The notes below the pieces were generated by a model, which was given only the letters and a program-made list of their open reading frames with translations, was not told where the DNA came from and ran no database searches. Below are positions 48,902 to 59,508 of a stretch of DNA of 64,000 nt, piece after piece. The stretch spans positions 1,952,001 to 2,016,000 of the forward strand of contig OZ242383.1 in assembly GCA_965209155.1 (NCBI GenBank), given 5' to 3'. Source of the stretch: a bacterium. GTDB taxonomy: Bacteria > SAR324 > NAC60-12. Made by a program: the position numbers and the translations under genes. Numbering within the stretch: the stretch's first letter is position 1; each line of letters begins with the position of its first letter.

Positions 48902-50301
48902 TGTTGGCTCCCTCCGACAAGCAGTTGACAACGCAAATAGGGTCCCCCTGCATCGACTTTGGCTGGTTGACCTTTGCCACAATAACCTGCTCCGAGATCC
49001 CAGCGAAAATCCCGACTGACCGCATCTACGGATTGCAAAACATCGAAAGCCTTTCCGGAGACCGTCAGTTCCCGAACATACCCCGCAAGGCGACCGTTTT
49101 GAATGCGGCGTACCTTGGAAGCTCCAAACATGAATTCTCCCGTGGCGTCTGCTTGTCCGCCTCCCGGTCCGTCGATGTAATAGCCATCTTCAATGCCGGC
49201 GATCATATCATCCAAACGATCTCGACCGGGTTCGATGTAGGTATTGCGCATGCGAATCAATGGTTCGTCATTGAAAACCCAGGCCCTGGCATTTCCAGCC
49301 GGTTCCACACCGAATTCCGCTGCGGATTCCCGGTTGTGGAGATAATTGACGAGTTTGCCTTGCCGGATGATGGAGGTTTTCCGACACAACACGCCTTCGT
49401 CATCGACAGGGAGCTCTCCACCGGCTCCCGCGTTGTATTCGCTACGGCCGCTGTCACAAAGGGTGAGTAAGGGCGATGCCACCATCTGTCCCAATTTTCC
49501 GGCAGCCACCGAGCCCGATCTGACGAAGTCGGCTTCCACGGTGTGTCCGATGGCTTCGTGGCTGAGCAATCCCACCATGGCTGGTGCCAGGATTACCGTT
49601 TTCTTACCTCCTTCTCCTTCAGGCGCTTTGAGCATCTCCACCGCTTCTTCCGCCGCATCGCCAATCAATTGATCCATGGCTTTGTTTTGAAAGAGACAGT
49701 CCCAGTTTCCAGTCCCCCCTACGCTTTCTCTGCCCTTGGAATGAATGCGGCCATCCACCCCGAAAGCCACCAGACGTAACTCCGGTCGGGCGAGTTGAAT
49801 GTGACAGTCGGCGCCATCGGAAGTGAGGATGATCTTGTCTTCGAATACCTCCGAATAACGGCAAATAGCGGCCTCGATTTTTTTTGCTTCCCCACTCAAT
49901 TGCTGCTCCGCATTTCGGACGAACTCGAATTTCTCCTCGATGGGCATGGCCCATAATTCCTGGTATCCGGGAATTATGAAATCTCCTTGCGCCAACCGGG
50001 ATGTTCGCTCCAATTTGATTTTCTGATTTTTGCGGGAAGTCAAAGTCCGTGCAAGCTGTTCCGCATTTTCCATGGCATTCCGTAATCCCTCGAGGGAGAG
50101 GTCGGAAGTGGAAGCAAATCCCCAAGCCCCCTCTGCCAGCACGCGGATTCCCACTCCACCGAATTGTTTGGAACTCATTTCATCGACTTCCCCTTTACGT
50201 ACTCCCAATACGCGGCTGCGTCGATTGTGGTAGCGGAACTCCGTCCAACAGGATGCCAGGGATAAAACCTGTTCCAGCCGTTCTTTTATGTTACATTCCA
50301 T
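48898..50301 (-). CDS. tldD: TldD family metalloprotease
   Basis: 'HEAIGHTVEAD', 'DDEGV', 'IRMRNTYI', 'CGKGQ'. Confidence 0.9.
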   Translation of the reverse strand: MECNIKERLEQVLSLASCWTEFRYHNRRSRVLGVRKGEVDEMSSKQFGGVGIRVLAEGAWGFASTSDLSLEGLRNAMENAEQLARTLTSRKNQKIKLERTSRLAQGDFIIPGYQELWAMPIEEKFEFVRNAEQQLSGEAKKIEAAICRYSEVFEDKIILTSDGADCHIQLARPELRLVAFGVDGRIHSKGRESVGGTGNWDCLFQNKAMDQLIGDAAEEAVEMLKAPEGEGGKKTVILAPAMVGLLSHEAIGHTVEADFVRSGSVAAGKLGQMVASPLLTLCDSGRSEYNAGAGGELPVDDEGVLCRKTSIIRQGKLVNYLHNRESAAEFGVEPAGNARAWVFNDEPLIRMRNTYIEPGRDRLDDMIAGIEDGYYIDGPGGGQADATGEFMFGASKVRRIQNGRLAGYVRELTVSGKAFDVLQSVDAVSRDFRWDLGAGYCGKGQPAKVDAGGPYLRCQLLVGGSQQ

Positions 50302-50422
50302 TTTCCTCCTTATTAGATTAATTCGATTTTAAGATAAGAAAAATCCCCCCAACCTCCTCTTTTGTCAAGGGAAAATTCGACTGAATCATTTAACCAGCGC
50401 TTTGGGTTCCTTCTGTCATGCG

Positions 50423-51415
50423 CTAAGGGATGCGCCTCAAACGAGTGTGGGACAGGATGAACTCGAAAAGAAAGAGGAGGAGCGCTGGAATCAAGAATAC
50501 CGCATAATGCTCTTCATATTCATGATATTCCTTCACTTTCGCCTCTGTTTTTTCCAATGCGTCAATAGTTTGATAAATTTTTTGCAGAGATTCGGTATCG
50601 GTGGCACGGAAATAGAGCCCGTCCGTTGCGTCTGCAATTTGTTGTAGCAATTCTTCATCGAGAGAGAAATTGACGTAATGAACTCGACGGATGCCATCTC
50701 TTTCCACTACGATGGGTGCCTCTCCCTCCGTTCCTATGCCGATGGTATAAATTTTGATGCCAAACTCTTTGGCTGCTTCGGTTGCTTGTAAAGGAGCGAT
50801 CCTTCCTGCCGTGTTTTCTCCATCGGTGGCCAAAATCATTACTTTGGAAGGCGCTTTCAAATCTTTCAGTCGTTTGGCTCCTACAGCGATTGCGGACCCA
50901 ATGGCTGTTTTGTCGCCTGCCATGCCTATGAATACTCGATCCAGGAAGGAAGAGAGGAGCCGGTGGTCATGGGTCAAGGGAGATTGAGTGAAAGCTTCTT
51001 CGCCGAAAACCACCATGCCGACACGATCCTGGATACGGTTCTCGATAAACTCCCCCAATACTTTCTTCAAGACCCTCAGGCGGGTGACACGTTCTCCGTC
51101 AAGAGTCAAATCGAGCGCTTCCATGCTTTTTGAGGTATCAATGACAAGCATGATGTCCACTCCTTCACTCAAAACTTCCGTGAATGATCGACCTGTTTGA
51201 GGACGGGCCAGGGTGAGGATGAGGAAGATCAGCGCCAAGGTGCGCAGGAAAGGCAAAAAATTAGGATGGCTCCACCAGGGCGTACTAGCAATGGACTTCA
51301 GAATTTCCAACCCGGAATATTGAATGAACCGGGGTTGCCGGCGCTTGACCAATACCCACCACCAAAAGGGTAGGACCAGCAACAGGAGCAGCAACCAGGG
51401 ACTCTCAAACCTCAT
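50423..51415 (-). CDS. batA: BatA-like vWA domain protein
   Basis: 'LARPQ', MIDAS 'DTSKS', 'TAIGSA', 'TDGEN'. Confidence 0.85.
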   Translation of the reverse strand: MRFESPWLLLLLLVLPFWWWVLVKRRQPRFIQYSGLEILKSIASTPWWSHPNFLPFLRTLALIFLILTLARPQTGRSFTEVLSEGVDIMLVIDTSKSMEALDLTLDGERVTRLRVLKKVLGEFIENRIQDRVGMVVFGEEAFTQSPLTHDHRLLSSFLDRVFIGMAGDKTAIGSAIAVGAKRLKDLKAPSKVMILATDGENTAGRIAPLQATEAAKEFGIKIYTIGIGTEGEAPIVVERDGIRRVHYVNFSLDEELLQQIADATDGLYFRATDTESLQKIYQTIDALEKTEAKVKEYHEYEEHYAVFLIPALLLFLFEFILSHTRLRRIP

Positions 51416-52440
51416 GCCGCCTCCTCGACCTTGTTCACTGGCGATTCCTTTTCGGATTCTTCGGTTGGTGGAAAGGCGATTCTTTCAATCCACTTCACCA
51501 CTTGATTGTAAGCCGCTTCCACCTCCGCGTGGGTGGATTGCTCGTCCGCATATTTGACCAAATCCGATTTTTGAGTGAGGAAAACGATCTGCTCACGTTC
51601 TTCAGCGTCGTAGGGAGTTCGGGATTGCAAGAGCGGCAGGAATTCCTGCGTCGTCATGCTGGTTGCTGAAAAACCGAATTGATTTTCCAGGTATTCCCGG
51701 AAAATTTCGGAAAGCTTCAAATAAAAATAATGCACCTGCTGCGGGTTCGTCGAAATAAATTGTTTTAATTCTCGCAAACGTTGAAATGCGCGTTGGTCAG
51801 ACCTTTCCTCGTCCTCGGTGGACACCGGCGGTTTCCTGCGCTTGCGAAGCAGGTAGAGCCACACTCCGAGTGAAATAAAAATACCTGCAACCAAAATCCA
51901 TATCCAGTCTTTGGTCGAGGGAGAAGGTGGAAGTTCCTGCTTAACTTTCAAAGCAGGCAGTTCCGGATTTTCCGGATCCAATTCAAAAAAAGAACGTGTT
52001 GTGAACGTCAGCGCGTCTGTTTTTCCCAGAACGCGAGAGGGTTGCTCACTATTATTGGTTTGCAGGCGCATGATTTCGATTTCAGGAATAGTCCAAGTGC
52101 CTGCTTGAACAGGCCAAAGTCTCCAGGACCAGCGCGTTGTCGGTATCTCTTCCTCATCAAAAGGCCAAAGTTCAGCAAACCAGGAGGATTCATCCCTTTG
52201 TTGCTGTAGGTGAGGAACATATTCTATCAGTTCGACGTCAATACCCGGCGGTACGTGTTCCTCGAGTGGTACAGGTTGGAATTGCAAGGCGGGAGGATGG
52301 GTAACTTCGATTTGATAAATGAGGAATTCTCCGGTGGTGAGAGAATTTTTATCCAGGGTGACGTAGATTTCCAGTGGTTGCGCCACGCAGTATGCGAACG
52401 TTACCAAAATCAAAAGGGTCAGAATGCTGATTCGTCGCAT
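51412..52440 (-). CDS. Bat-operon membrane-anchored protein (BatD/DUF4381-like)
   Basis: Signal peptide, one TM helix, 'FY..LS.I.REYLE..FG..A..MTTQE', 'DLVKYA'. Confidence 0.65.
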   Translation of the reverse strand: MRRISILTLLILVTFAYCVAQPLEIYVTLDKNSLTTGEFLIYQIEVTHPPALQFQPVPLEEHVPPGIDVELIEYVPHLQQQRDESSWFAELWPFDEEEIPTTRWSWRLWPVQAGTWTIPEIEIMRLQTNNSEQPSRVLGKTDALTFTTRSFFELDPENPELPALKVKQELPPSPSTKDWIWILVAGIFISLGVWLYLLRKRRKPPVSTEDEERSDQRAFQRLRELKQFISTNPQQVHYFYLKLSEIFREYLENQFGFSATSMTTQEFLPLLQSRTPYDAEEREQIVFLTQKSDLVKYADEQSTHAEVEAAYNQVVKWIERIAFPPTEESEKESPVNKVEEAA

Positions 52441-52897
52441 TGCTCCCTCTTTTCAAATTCCCTGATTGAGAATCCGATTATTATATAATGATGTGAATCA
52501 GGAGTTAAAAACGCGTCATTCCTGGCGTGACCAGGAATCCAGGGTTCTTGCCGCATTCCGACATTCGCGTCCAGTTGGCATCCATTTCAAACCAGGAATG
52601 ATACGTTTATTCAATGATGAATTCGTGAATTCGAGTATACAGTCGATTCATAATCATGTCCAGCCACACCCCCGGATACGCGAGGGGCTTCTCCCCCGGC
52701 GACATTTCCGGGTTTTGAGGATACAATCAAAAGATTGCAAATCGATTCGCACCCGGATAATATTGATTTCATCTTTGACATGCGTACAATTCCATTCCGA
52801 TTATTTTTTTATAAGATGGAACAGGGCAGGCAGCATATTGACTCCGTTCAATTGCGAACTCGTACTGCTTCCACTTGTAATTTCAGGGCAGGCATTC

Positions 52898-53749
52898 ATG
52901 ATCAAAACAAAAAAAAAAGAGCAACCATCATCTACGAAGGTTGCGCTGGTTCAAAAAAAGCCCGAGAAACTCCCCAGAGCCAAGTATGAAAAAAATTTAG
53001 CCAGGTTACACGTCGAGCTGGTCAAATTACAATACTGGATCAAACAAAAAGGCCTGCGGGTGGTCATCGTTTTCGAAGGCCGTGATGCCGCGGGCAAAGG
53101 AGGGACCATCAAGCGCATCATCGAACCTCTCAATCCCCGGGGTTGCACGGTCGTCGCCTTGGATAAACCTTCCGATCGGGAAAAAACTCAGTGGTATTTA
53201 CAGCGTTACGTACCCCATCTTCCGGCGGCAGGAGAAATGGTGCTTTTTGACAGAAGCTGGTACAACCGTGCTGGCGTGGAACGGGTAATGGGATTTTGTA
53301 GCGATGAGGAATACAAGGAATTTCTGCGTTCCTGTCCGGAATTCGAACGGATGCTGGTGCGTTCCGGAATGGTCTTGCTCAAATACTGGTTTTCCGTCAG
53401 TGACGAAGAACAAGAACGGCGATTCCGGGAACGTACGCTCAATCCCCTCAAACGCTGGAAATTTTCGCCCATGGACTTGGAGTCCCGCAAACGCTGGGTT
53501 AAATATTCCCAGGCAAAAGATGAGATGTTTTTTTATACGGACATCATCGAAGCGCCTTGGTACGTGATCGAATCCGATGACAAGCGACGAGCGCGTTTGA
53601 ACTGCATCAACCATATCTTAAAAATAATTCCCTACAAAGACATCATTCCGAAATCTTTCAATTTGTCACCATTGCCGAAAGAAAGCACCGGAGGTTATCG
53701 GCGTCCACCCAAGGAATCCCAACATTTTGTACCGGAGTTTGACAAGTAA
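52898..53749 (+). CDS. ppk2: Polyphosphate kinase 2
   Basis: 'FEGRDAAGKGG', 'FDRSWYNRAGVERVMGF', 'WKFSPMD'. Confidence 0.95.
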   Translation: MIKTKKKEQPSSTKVALVQKKPEKLPRAKYEKNLARLHVELVKLQYWIKQKGLRVVIVFEGRDAAGKGGTIKRIIEPLNPRGCTVVALDKPSDREKTQWYLQRYVPHLPAAGEMVLFDRSWYNRAGVERVMGFCSDEEYKEFLRSCPEFERMLVRSGMVLLKYWFSVSDEEQERRFRERTLNPLKRWKFSPMDLESRKRWVKYSQAKDEMFFYTDIIEAPWYVIESDDKRRARLNCINHILKIIPYKDIIPKSFNLSPLPKESTGGYRRPPKESQHFVPEFDK

Positions 53750-53792
53750 ATCTTTTTCTTAAGCAGGAACCGGAAAAAACCTTTGAATACGC

Positions 53793-54260
53793 ATGGGTCA
53801 GGAAATCGAACGAAAATATCGTATCCATTGCCGGAAAATTCCCCTGGGGAAAGGAATTCCCATCAAACAGGGCTACCTTCCCTCTGCAGGAGCCTGTGAA
53901 GTTCGGGTCCGGATTGCGGGAAATCAAGCCTTCCTTACCCTGAAAAGCAAAAGTGAGGGAATCACTCGCGGCGAATTCGAGTACCCCGTACCGGTTTCTG
54001 ACGCCAAACAAATACTCTCGGGATTCTGTTCCCATTTCGTGGAAAAAACTCGATACGAAGTGGAACATGCCGGTCACACTTGGGATGTCGATATCTTTGA
54101 AGGTGAGAATGAGGGGTTGGCACTGGCGGAAATCGAACTGCAATGCGAAAGCGAAACCTTTCAGAAACCCTGGTGGGTTGATGAAGAAGTAACCGGGGAC
54201 GTCCGATTTTACAATGCCCAACTGGCGTCTCGCCCTTACAAGCAATGGCAGGAAAAGTAA
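53793..54260 (+). CDS. CYTH domain protein
   Basis: 'EIERKY', 'VRVR', 'EFEY', 'EKTRY', 'AEIEL'. Confidence 0.9.
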   Translation: MGQEIERKYRIHCRKIPLGKGIPIKQGYLPSAGACEVRVRIAGNQAFLTLKSKSEGITRGEFEYPVPVSDAKQILSGFCSHFVEKTRYEVEHAGHTWDVDIFEGENEGLALAEIELQCESETFQKPWWVDEEVTGDVRFYNAQLASRPYKQWQEK

Positions 54261-54309
54261 AACTGCAATTTTACCACGGCGGGTGTGAATCGATCAGGGG
54301 GGGCCTTCA

Positions 54310-55050
54310 TCAATCCAGCAGATTGATTTCTCTCCACAACTCATAGAAAGCTTTTGCCGCTCTATTTCGTGGGGCAAAACGTACCACGGCTTCTCGCAAC
54401 ACTCCCATCTTCTCCACATCCGAGGAGTAGGGAATACAACTATGCAAGGTGTCCGGGTAGGTTTGCGGGAATTGCGCAATCACCTCTCGATGCAGCGTTT
54501 TACGCCTGTCCACCATCGAAAAGAAAGGAAAAATCTTCAAGTGATCCATTCGGTGATCTCCGCAAAACCGGAATAACTGGTGAAAAGTACGGAGAGAGAG
54601 CGGGGTTGGGATCATCGGAACCAACATCATTTCGGAGAATTGCAATACGTTCTCTGAAACCAATGTCATACTTGGAGGGCAATCGAGAAACAAGACGTCA
54701 TAGGATTCACTCAACGGTTTCAGAATTTGCCGGAACTGCCGGACCGGTTTTTTCATCTGATCGAGGAGGAGGTCCATGTGGCGATAGGAAAAATCGGCAG
54801 GGATCAAGTCCAGATTTTCGAAATCAGACCCTTTGATCAAGGAATCGATTTTATGCTTACGACGAATGAGGGATTTGCTCCCTCCTTTGATTTTGGGAGA
54901 GATTCGAAAATAAAAACTGGATGCTCCTTGCGGGTCGAGGTCCCATAGCAAAGTACGGGCACCATGTTCTGCGGCCAGGTACGCCAGGTTGACCGCTGCC
55001 GCGGTTTTGCCCACTCCCCCTTTGATATTGTAAATAGCGATTTTTTTCAT
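54310..55050 (-). CDS. ParA/Soj family ATPase
   Basis: 'KGGVGKT', 'WDLDPQG', 'LDCPP'. Confidence 0.9.
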   Translation of the reverse strand: MKKIAIYNIKGGVGKTAAAVNLAYLAAEHGARTLLWDLDPQGASSFYFRISPKIKGGSKSLIRRKHKIDSLIKGSDFENLDLIPADFSYRHMDLLLDQMKKPVRQFRQILKPLSESYDVLFLDCPPSMTLVSENVLQFSEMMLVPMIPTPLSLRTFHQLFRFCGDHRMDHLKIFPFFSMVDRRKTLHREVIAQFPQTYPDTLHSCIPYSSDVEKMGVLREAVVRFAPRNRAAKAFYELWREINLLD

Positions 55051-56621
55051 TTGCCTTGCTTCCGGTTTGATCCCTTACGAAATAATCGCTTGAATCGCTT
55101 TTGGTGATCGGCTGAAGCGAATTCTTCAAAACGGGAATGAAAAACGCGACGAGCCTCCATTTGCTGATTTTTAAGATCTTTCACCAGCATCCCCAAAGCC
55201 AGTTGCGTGTTGGGAAAATTTTTACCACTATTATTGAGTTGTTCTCCAAATTCTATCAATGAGCTCCATTGCACTTGAAAATCCTGGAATTTTCCCAGGT
55301 TGTCTTGCAATCGTTTCAAAACCCTGATCAAAGTTTTGATTTCTTCCGGAGGATACAGACTTTGAAAAAATTCCATCAGGTAGCGTAGTTTTTTGCAGGT
55401 TTTCCGCAGTTCGTGCAACACTTCTTCCGTGGTATCCGCCTGAATGGATTTTCCGTCATGGAGAACTCTCCGATAGACCCGCCAGATTCGCCCACTGGCC
55501 ACTTCAGTCACTGGTTGCTGAGCAACCGAAGGAGGATTTTCCTGAAAAAAAGGACTTTTCAAGAACTGCTTCCATCTCCTTAAAAAGCGATGATAACGAG
55601 ACGAACTCAAGGCTTTCATCAATTTTAAATGTTCACTGCGTTTTTCTCTCTGCAATAACTGGCGCAAGGGTTCCAGTTCTTCACGCAATTCTGCGGGTAG
55701 ATCCGCCTGGTAGTCGTCGAACTTTAATAAATAAACATCCAAATCCCGCAGTCTGCTTGTCACTTGACCGAGCCAGGCAAACTCTTCGCGGAAACGGGAA
55801 AGCGCTTGTTGCGGAAAAACCCGCTTCAACTGTCCCAAACCCGAACGGACACGCCGCACTGCCACCCGGAAATCATGCAGAAATTCTGAATCCAGGTCTT
55901 GACGCAGGCCGATTTCATTATTTTCCAGGGATTCCAATAAGCGCGCGAAAATCAATTTGAGCGCTTGTTCCGTCGTCAATTCCGAGGAGAGCGGGACATC
56001 CAGCTTCCCCGAATAGTATCCGGGATCGATCTCGAGCCGGAGCATGGCTTGTTCCAGAAGGGTATTCTCCATTTTTTCCATTCCTGCCATAGCGGATCTA
56101 AGGCGGGAAGCCGGTTCTTTGTATCCCTTAACCGGTACCAACAGTACGCTTTTTCCCAATGTTTGGCTTTTTCTCCGTTGGGGCGTGAGTAGGAGGTTCT
56201 CTTCACAAAAGAGGTGCAACACTGTCTTTTGCTCTCGATCCAATAGCCTGAGAGGATAAATATCACTTTTGATGGTAATTTGAGGAAGCAGCGCTCTCAC
56301 CTCCAGGATCGGTTCCAGACGTTTTTTGAACAGACCTGGAGGAAAATCCCAAATGAACCGGGGCATCATGGAAAGAGGCGCACTGCCAATACTCTGCCCA
56401 CTCTCCCGGTCGAGCCAACGCAGTCGCAATTTGCCTTTTGATACTTCCTCGACTTCGAGCATCCCACCGCTTTGATAAATCCTCCAATCGAAACTGTCGT
56501 AATAGATACGTCGGATGGACATTGCAGGTGCTTCATCCAAGGAAAACCGTTCCTTTAATTTTTGCTTGGTCTCGGAAAGCGACTGGTTATCGGGAATGAT
56601 GAATCGTGAGTTTGCTTGCAT
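55047..56621 (-). CDS. CHAD domain protein
   Basis: 'EFLHDFRVAVRR', 'RDLDV', 'LHELRK.CKKLRY..EFF', 'LQDNLG..QD'. Confidence 0.9.
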   Translation of the reverse strand: MQANSRFIIPDNQSLSETKQKLKERFSLDEAPAMSIRRIYYDSFDWRIYQSGGMLEVEEVSKGKLRLRWLDRESGQSIGSAPLSMMPRFIWDFPPGLFKKRLEPILEVRALLPQITIKSDIYPLRLLDREQKTVLHLFCEENLLLTPQRRKSQTLGKSVLLVPVKGYKEPASRLRSAMAGMEKMENTLLEQAMLRLEIDPGYYSGKLDVPLSSELTTEQALKLIFARLLESLENNEIGLRQDLDSEFLHDFRVAVRRVRSGLGQLKRVFPQQALSRFREEFAWLGQVTSRLRDLDVYLLKFDDYQADLPAELREELEPLRQLLQREKRSEHLKLMKALSSSRYHRFLRRWKQFLKSPFFQENPPSVAQQPVTEVASGRIWRVYRRVLHDGKSIQADTTEEVLHELRKTCKKLRYLMEFFQSLYPPEEIKTLIRVLKRLQDNLGKFQDFQVQWSSLIEFGEQLNNSGKNFPNTQLALGMLVKDLKNQQMEARRVFHSRFEEFASADHQKRFKRLFRKGSNRKQGK

Positions 56622-56675
56622 TCGATGCGCAGGTTTATTACTGTCAAAAAGGATTCGGTCTTCTGCAGGTTCCCT

Positions 56676-57917
56676 TCAGATTGGCTGATTTTGAGTCGTG
56701 GAATTTTCTGGTGCCGGTTCAAGATAGAGTTTTGTCTTGGAACGAAGTTGAAATGAAAACAGCAACGCCACAACCAGCGTCCCCACGACTAAATCCATGG
56801 CCGCGACGATGCCCCAGCGGTCCGCCAATCCTCCGATAGGCCCTATGATCAACGCTCCCACACCCCAACCCAAACCCATTGTGACCGCGGAGGCCGTACT
56901 GGCATGACCGGGAAGTTTTTCCTGAGCGTAAGCGACGACCACCGGGTTGTTTCCAATCAACATGAATCCACCCAAAAACAGGAATAATAAGGAAAGCGCT
57001 CCATCCGTGTGTAGAAACACGAAGAGAGAGGGCAAAGCGATCAGCAGTGAGACAACCACCACCGGACAACGACCGAATCGATCGGAGAGCGGTCCTCCAG
57101 CCATGATACCGAAGACGCCTGCTACCAGGAACAGGGACAATCCCAAACTCGAGACAAGATAGGAATACCCGCGTTGCTCCAACAAAATGATGGTATATAC
57201 CATGAAACTCAAGTAAACAATGTGCCGGGATACCACGATCAGCCAGGGTACCCACAACACTCTCATGGCTTCAGACCAAGGCGCATACAGTGTTTTGGCG
57301 GGACTTTGCAAGGAAGCGGGCATGGCCCGTTTCAGCACGACGAGTACGGCCAGAATGAGGGCCAACAAGAGCCAGGAGCCTGCTTCCAGACCCAAAGTTT
57401 CATACATCATGGCCGCTGCCAGGGGTCCCAGGGAAAATCCGATGGTGCCACAGGCGATAAAAAGCGCAATGGTCAGCCCCCTCTGGTTGGGCGCGAGGGC
57501 ACCGGTTTCAGCAGTGGCTCTTGGATGAAACATGGCAGTTCCAAGACCGGCAATCGCTACGGCTACCATCAGCCACCAATAATTCGATAAAAGTCCTGCC
57601 AGGCTCAAGAAAATACCGGTCAAGGCGATACCGACCAGCATGAAGTCGAAACGCCGGAATCGATCGCTGAGCAAACCGAAAATGATTTGAGCAAATGAAC
57701 CGGCAATGAGAAAACTGGAAGCCAGAAACCCTACCATCGCCAGCGACAAATCGAGCTTGATGAGCAAGATCGGAAGCAGGGCTGGTAAAATATTCGCATA
57801 GAAATCATTGGTGAAGTGGCCCAACAACACCGGCCATATCCGCTTGCCGAGTTGAATTGCTTTCCAAATGGAGCGGATGGGATTCGCTGATTTTCTACCA
57901 ATTGCATTCAACGACAT
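56676..57917 (-). CDS. MFS transporter (Fsr-like)
   Basis: 'GHFTNDFY', 'FGLLSDR', 'AMFHP', 'GPLSDRFGR'. Confidence 0.85.
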   Translation of the reverse strand: MSLNAIGRKSANPIRSIWKAIQLGKRIWPVLLGHFTNDFYANILPALLPILLIKLDLSLAMVGFLASSFLIAGSFAQIIFGLLSDRFRRFDFMLVGIALTGIFLSLAGLLSNYWWLMVAVAIAGLGTAMFHPRATAETGALAPNQRGLTIALFIACGTIGFSLGPLAAAMMYETLGLEAGSWLLLALILAVLVVLKRAMPASLQSPAKTLYAPWSEAMRVLWVPWLIVVSRHIVYLSFMVYTIILLEQRGYSYLVSSLGLSLFLVAGVFGIMAGGPLSDRFGRCPVVVVSLLIALPSLFVFLHTDGALSLLFLFLGGFMLIGNNPVVVAYAQEKLPGHASTASAVTMGLGWGVGALIIGPIGGLADRWGIVAAMDLVVGTLVVALLFSFQLRSKTKLYLEPAPENSTTQNQPI

Positions 57918-57918
57918 A

Positions 57919-59256
57919 TTATCTCGTCTCGGGATTGGTGAGACCATAGCCGTGTTCACCATGGAGGGAAGCGTCCATTCCCATGACTTCTTTTTCCTCA
58001 TCGAGTCGAAACCCCACAGTTTTTTCCACCAAAAAGCAAATAATCCAGGTACCAATCAATGCGGTGACGACGGTTGCGCCCAACCCCAGGAGTTGCAAGA
58101 AGAATTGGTCGATCATGTTCCAGCCGGTTACCGGGACATTCGACGCTGCCTCTTCCATCCAACTGTCCCGGATAAAAAACGCGAGTAACAAAACTCCCAA
58201 ACCACTACCAATGCCGTGGATTCCAAAACAGTCGAGACTGTCGTCATAGCCAAACCTGTTTTTCATTCTGAATGCATAGAAACAGGCAATGGAGGACAAG
58301 GCCCCCAAGGCAAGCGCCCCTGTGGGTTGAACCACTCCCGCTGCAGGCGTGATGGCCACCAAACCGGCTAAAATACCGGAGACGAATCCGAGGGAGGTGG
58401 CTTTTCGGAACATGATTGCTTCGATAACGATCCACATCAAGGCACCGCTGGCAGCGGAAATCTGAGTCATCGTCAGCGCCCGCGCGGTCTCCAATCCACT
58501 TTGAACCGTGGAACCGGCGTTGAAACCGAACCAACCCACCCAAAGAAGTCCGGCTCCCAACAAAGTAAGGGTCATATTGTTGGGATGCATGGCGGTTCGG
58601 GGATACCCCCGGCGCGGTCCCAAAAACAAGGCCACCACCAACGCGCTGAAACCCGCGGAAACGTGGATTACCAATCCACCTGCCAGGTCGATGACGCCAG
58701 AGGGTCCTATATTGGCGAGCCACCCGTCTGAGGCCCAGACCCAATGACACAGGGGGCTGTAGACCAGTAACATCCAAAGCGCAACGAACAAGCAGAATCC
58801 CCGGAATGAAACTCGCTCCGCCAACGCGCCGCTGATCAAGGCGGGCGTGATGATGGCGAATTTACCCTGGAACATGGCCAGCACGTATTCCGGCACCCCA
58901 TCCGTGATGGTGTCGTCGATTCCTTTCAGGAAAAAATAATCATCATTCCAGCCGACGAAACCACCCAGGATGTTGCTACCAAAAGTGAGGGAATAACCAC
59001 AAATCGTCCACAACACGCCAACGATCGCCATAGCGACGAAACTGTGCATCATCGTACCCAACACATTTTTTGTCCTCACCAATCCTCCGTAGAACAAGGC
59101 CAACCCGGGAGTCATCAGCAAAACCAAGGCGGTCGAAGTCAGCATCCAGGCAGTTGTTCCGGAATCCACAGCATTTTCTTCTGCTGCCAAAACGAATTGT
59201 GGCAATAATAAAAATATTGCGCCTGCCAGTGTTGCCATGATTATTGATCCTTTCAT
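57919..59256 (-). CDS. amtB: Ammonium transporter
   Basis: 'LMTPGLALFYGG', 'DLAGGLVIH', 'GWFGFNAGS', 'DDSLD.FG.HG'. Confidence 0.95.
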   Translation of the reverse strand: MKGSIIMATLAGAIFLLLPQFVLAAEENAVDSGTTAWMLTSTALVLLMTPGLALFYGGLVRTKNVLGTMMHSFVAMAIVGVLWTICGYSLTFGSNILGGFVGWNDDYFFLKGIDDTITDGVPEYVLAMFQGKFAIITPALISGALAERVSFRGFCLFVALWMLLVYSPLCHWVWASDGWLANIGPSGVIDLAGGLVIHVSAGFSALVVALFLGPRRGYPRTAMHPNNMTLTLLGAGLLWVGWFGFNAGSTVQSGLETARALTMTQISAASGALMWIVIEAIMFRKATSLGFVSGILAGLVAITPAAGVVQPTGALALGALSSIACFYAFRMKNRFGYDDSLDCFGIHGIGSGLGVLLLAFFIRDSWMEEAASNVPVTGWNMIDQFFLQLLGLGATVVTALIGTWIICFLVEKTVGFRLDEEKEVMGMDASLHGEHGYGLTNPETR

Positions 59257-59508
59257 AGTTCCTCCTTATTAAGCGCTAATTTCGTTTACATTTTGTTATC
59301 TTCGTCAGCAATCCCTGGTCGCATTTCAAGAATCACTATCATGAAAATTCCCGTGGTTACAAGCTAAAAAGTTACTTTGGAGCGAATCGTGAGCTCACCC
59401 CGCTTTTCCACGAACGCCATCATGCTGTTGAAAGGCGAGTGGTCTTCCAATTGAGCCAAACAACTTCATGAGAGAATGTCCCGCTATTTCAATTTCCACA
59501 GTCACCGG

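Noticed and set aside
52466..52897. N-terminal extension of Ppk2 in the ORF track
   Set aside because: Runs through a REP-like repeat; Ppk2 similarity begins after ATG 52898
59257..59508. Sigma54 promoter or glutamine riboswitch upstream of amtB
   Set aside because: No convincing GG-N10-GC or glnA-motif match found by eye
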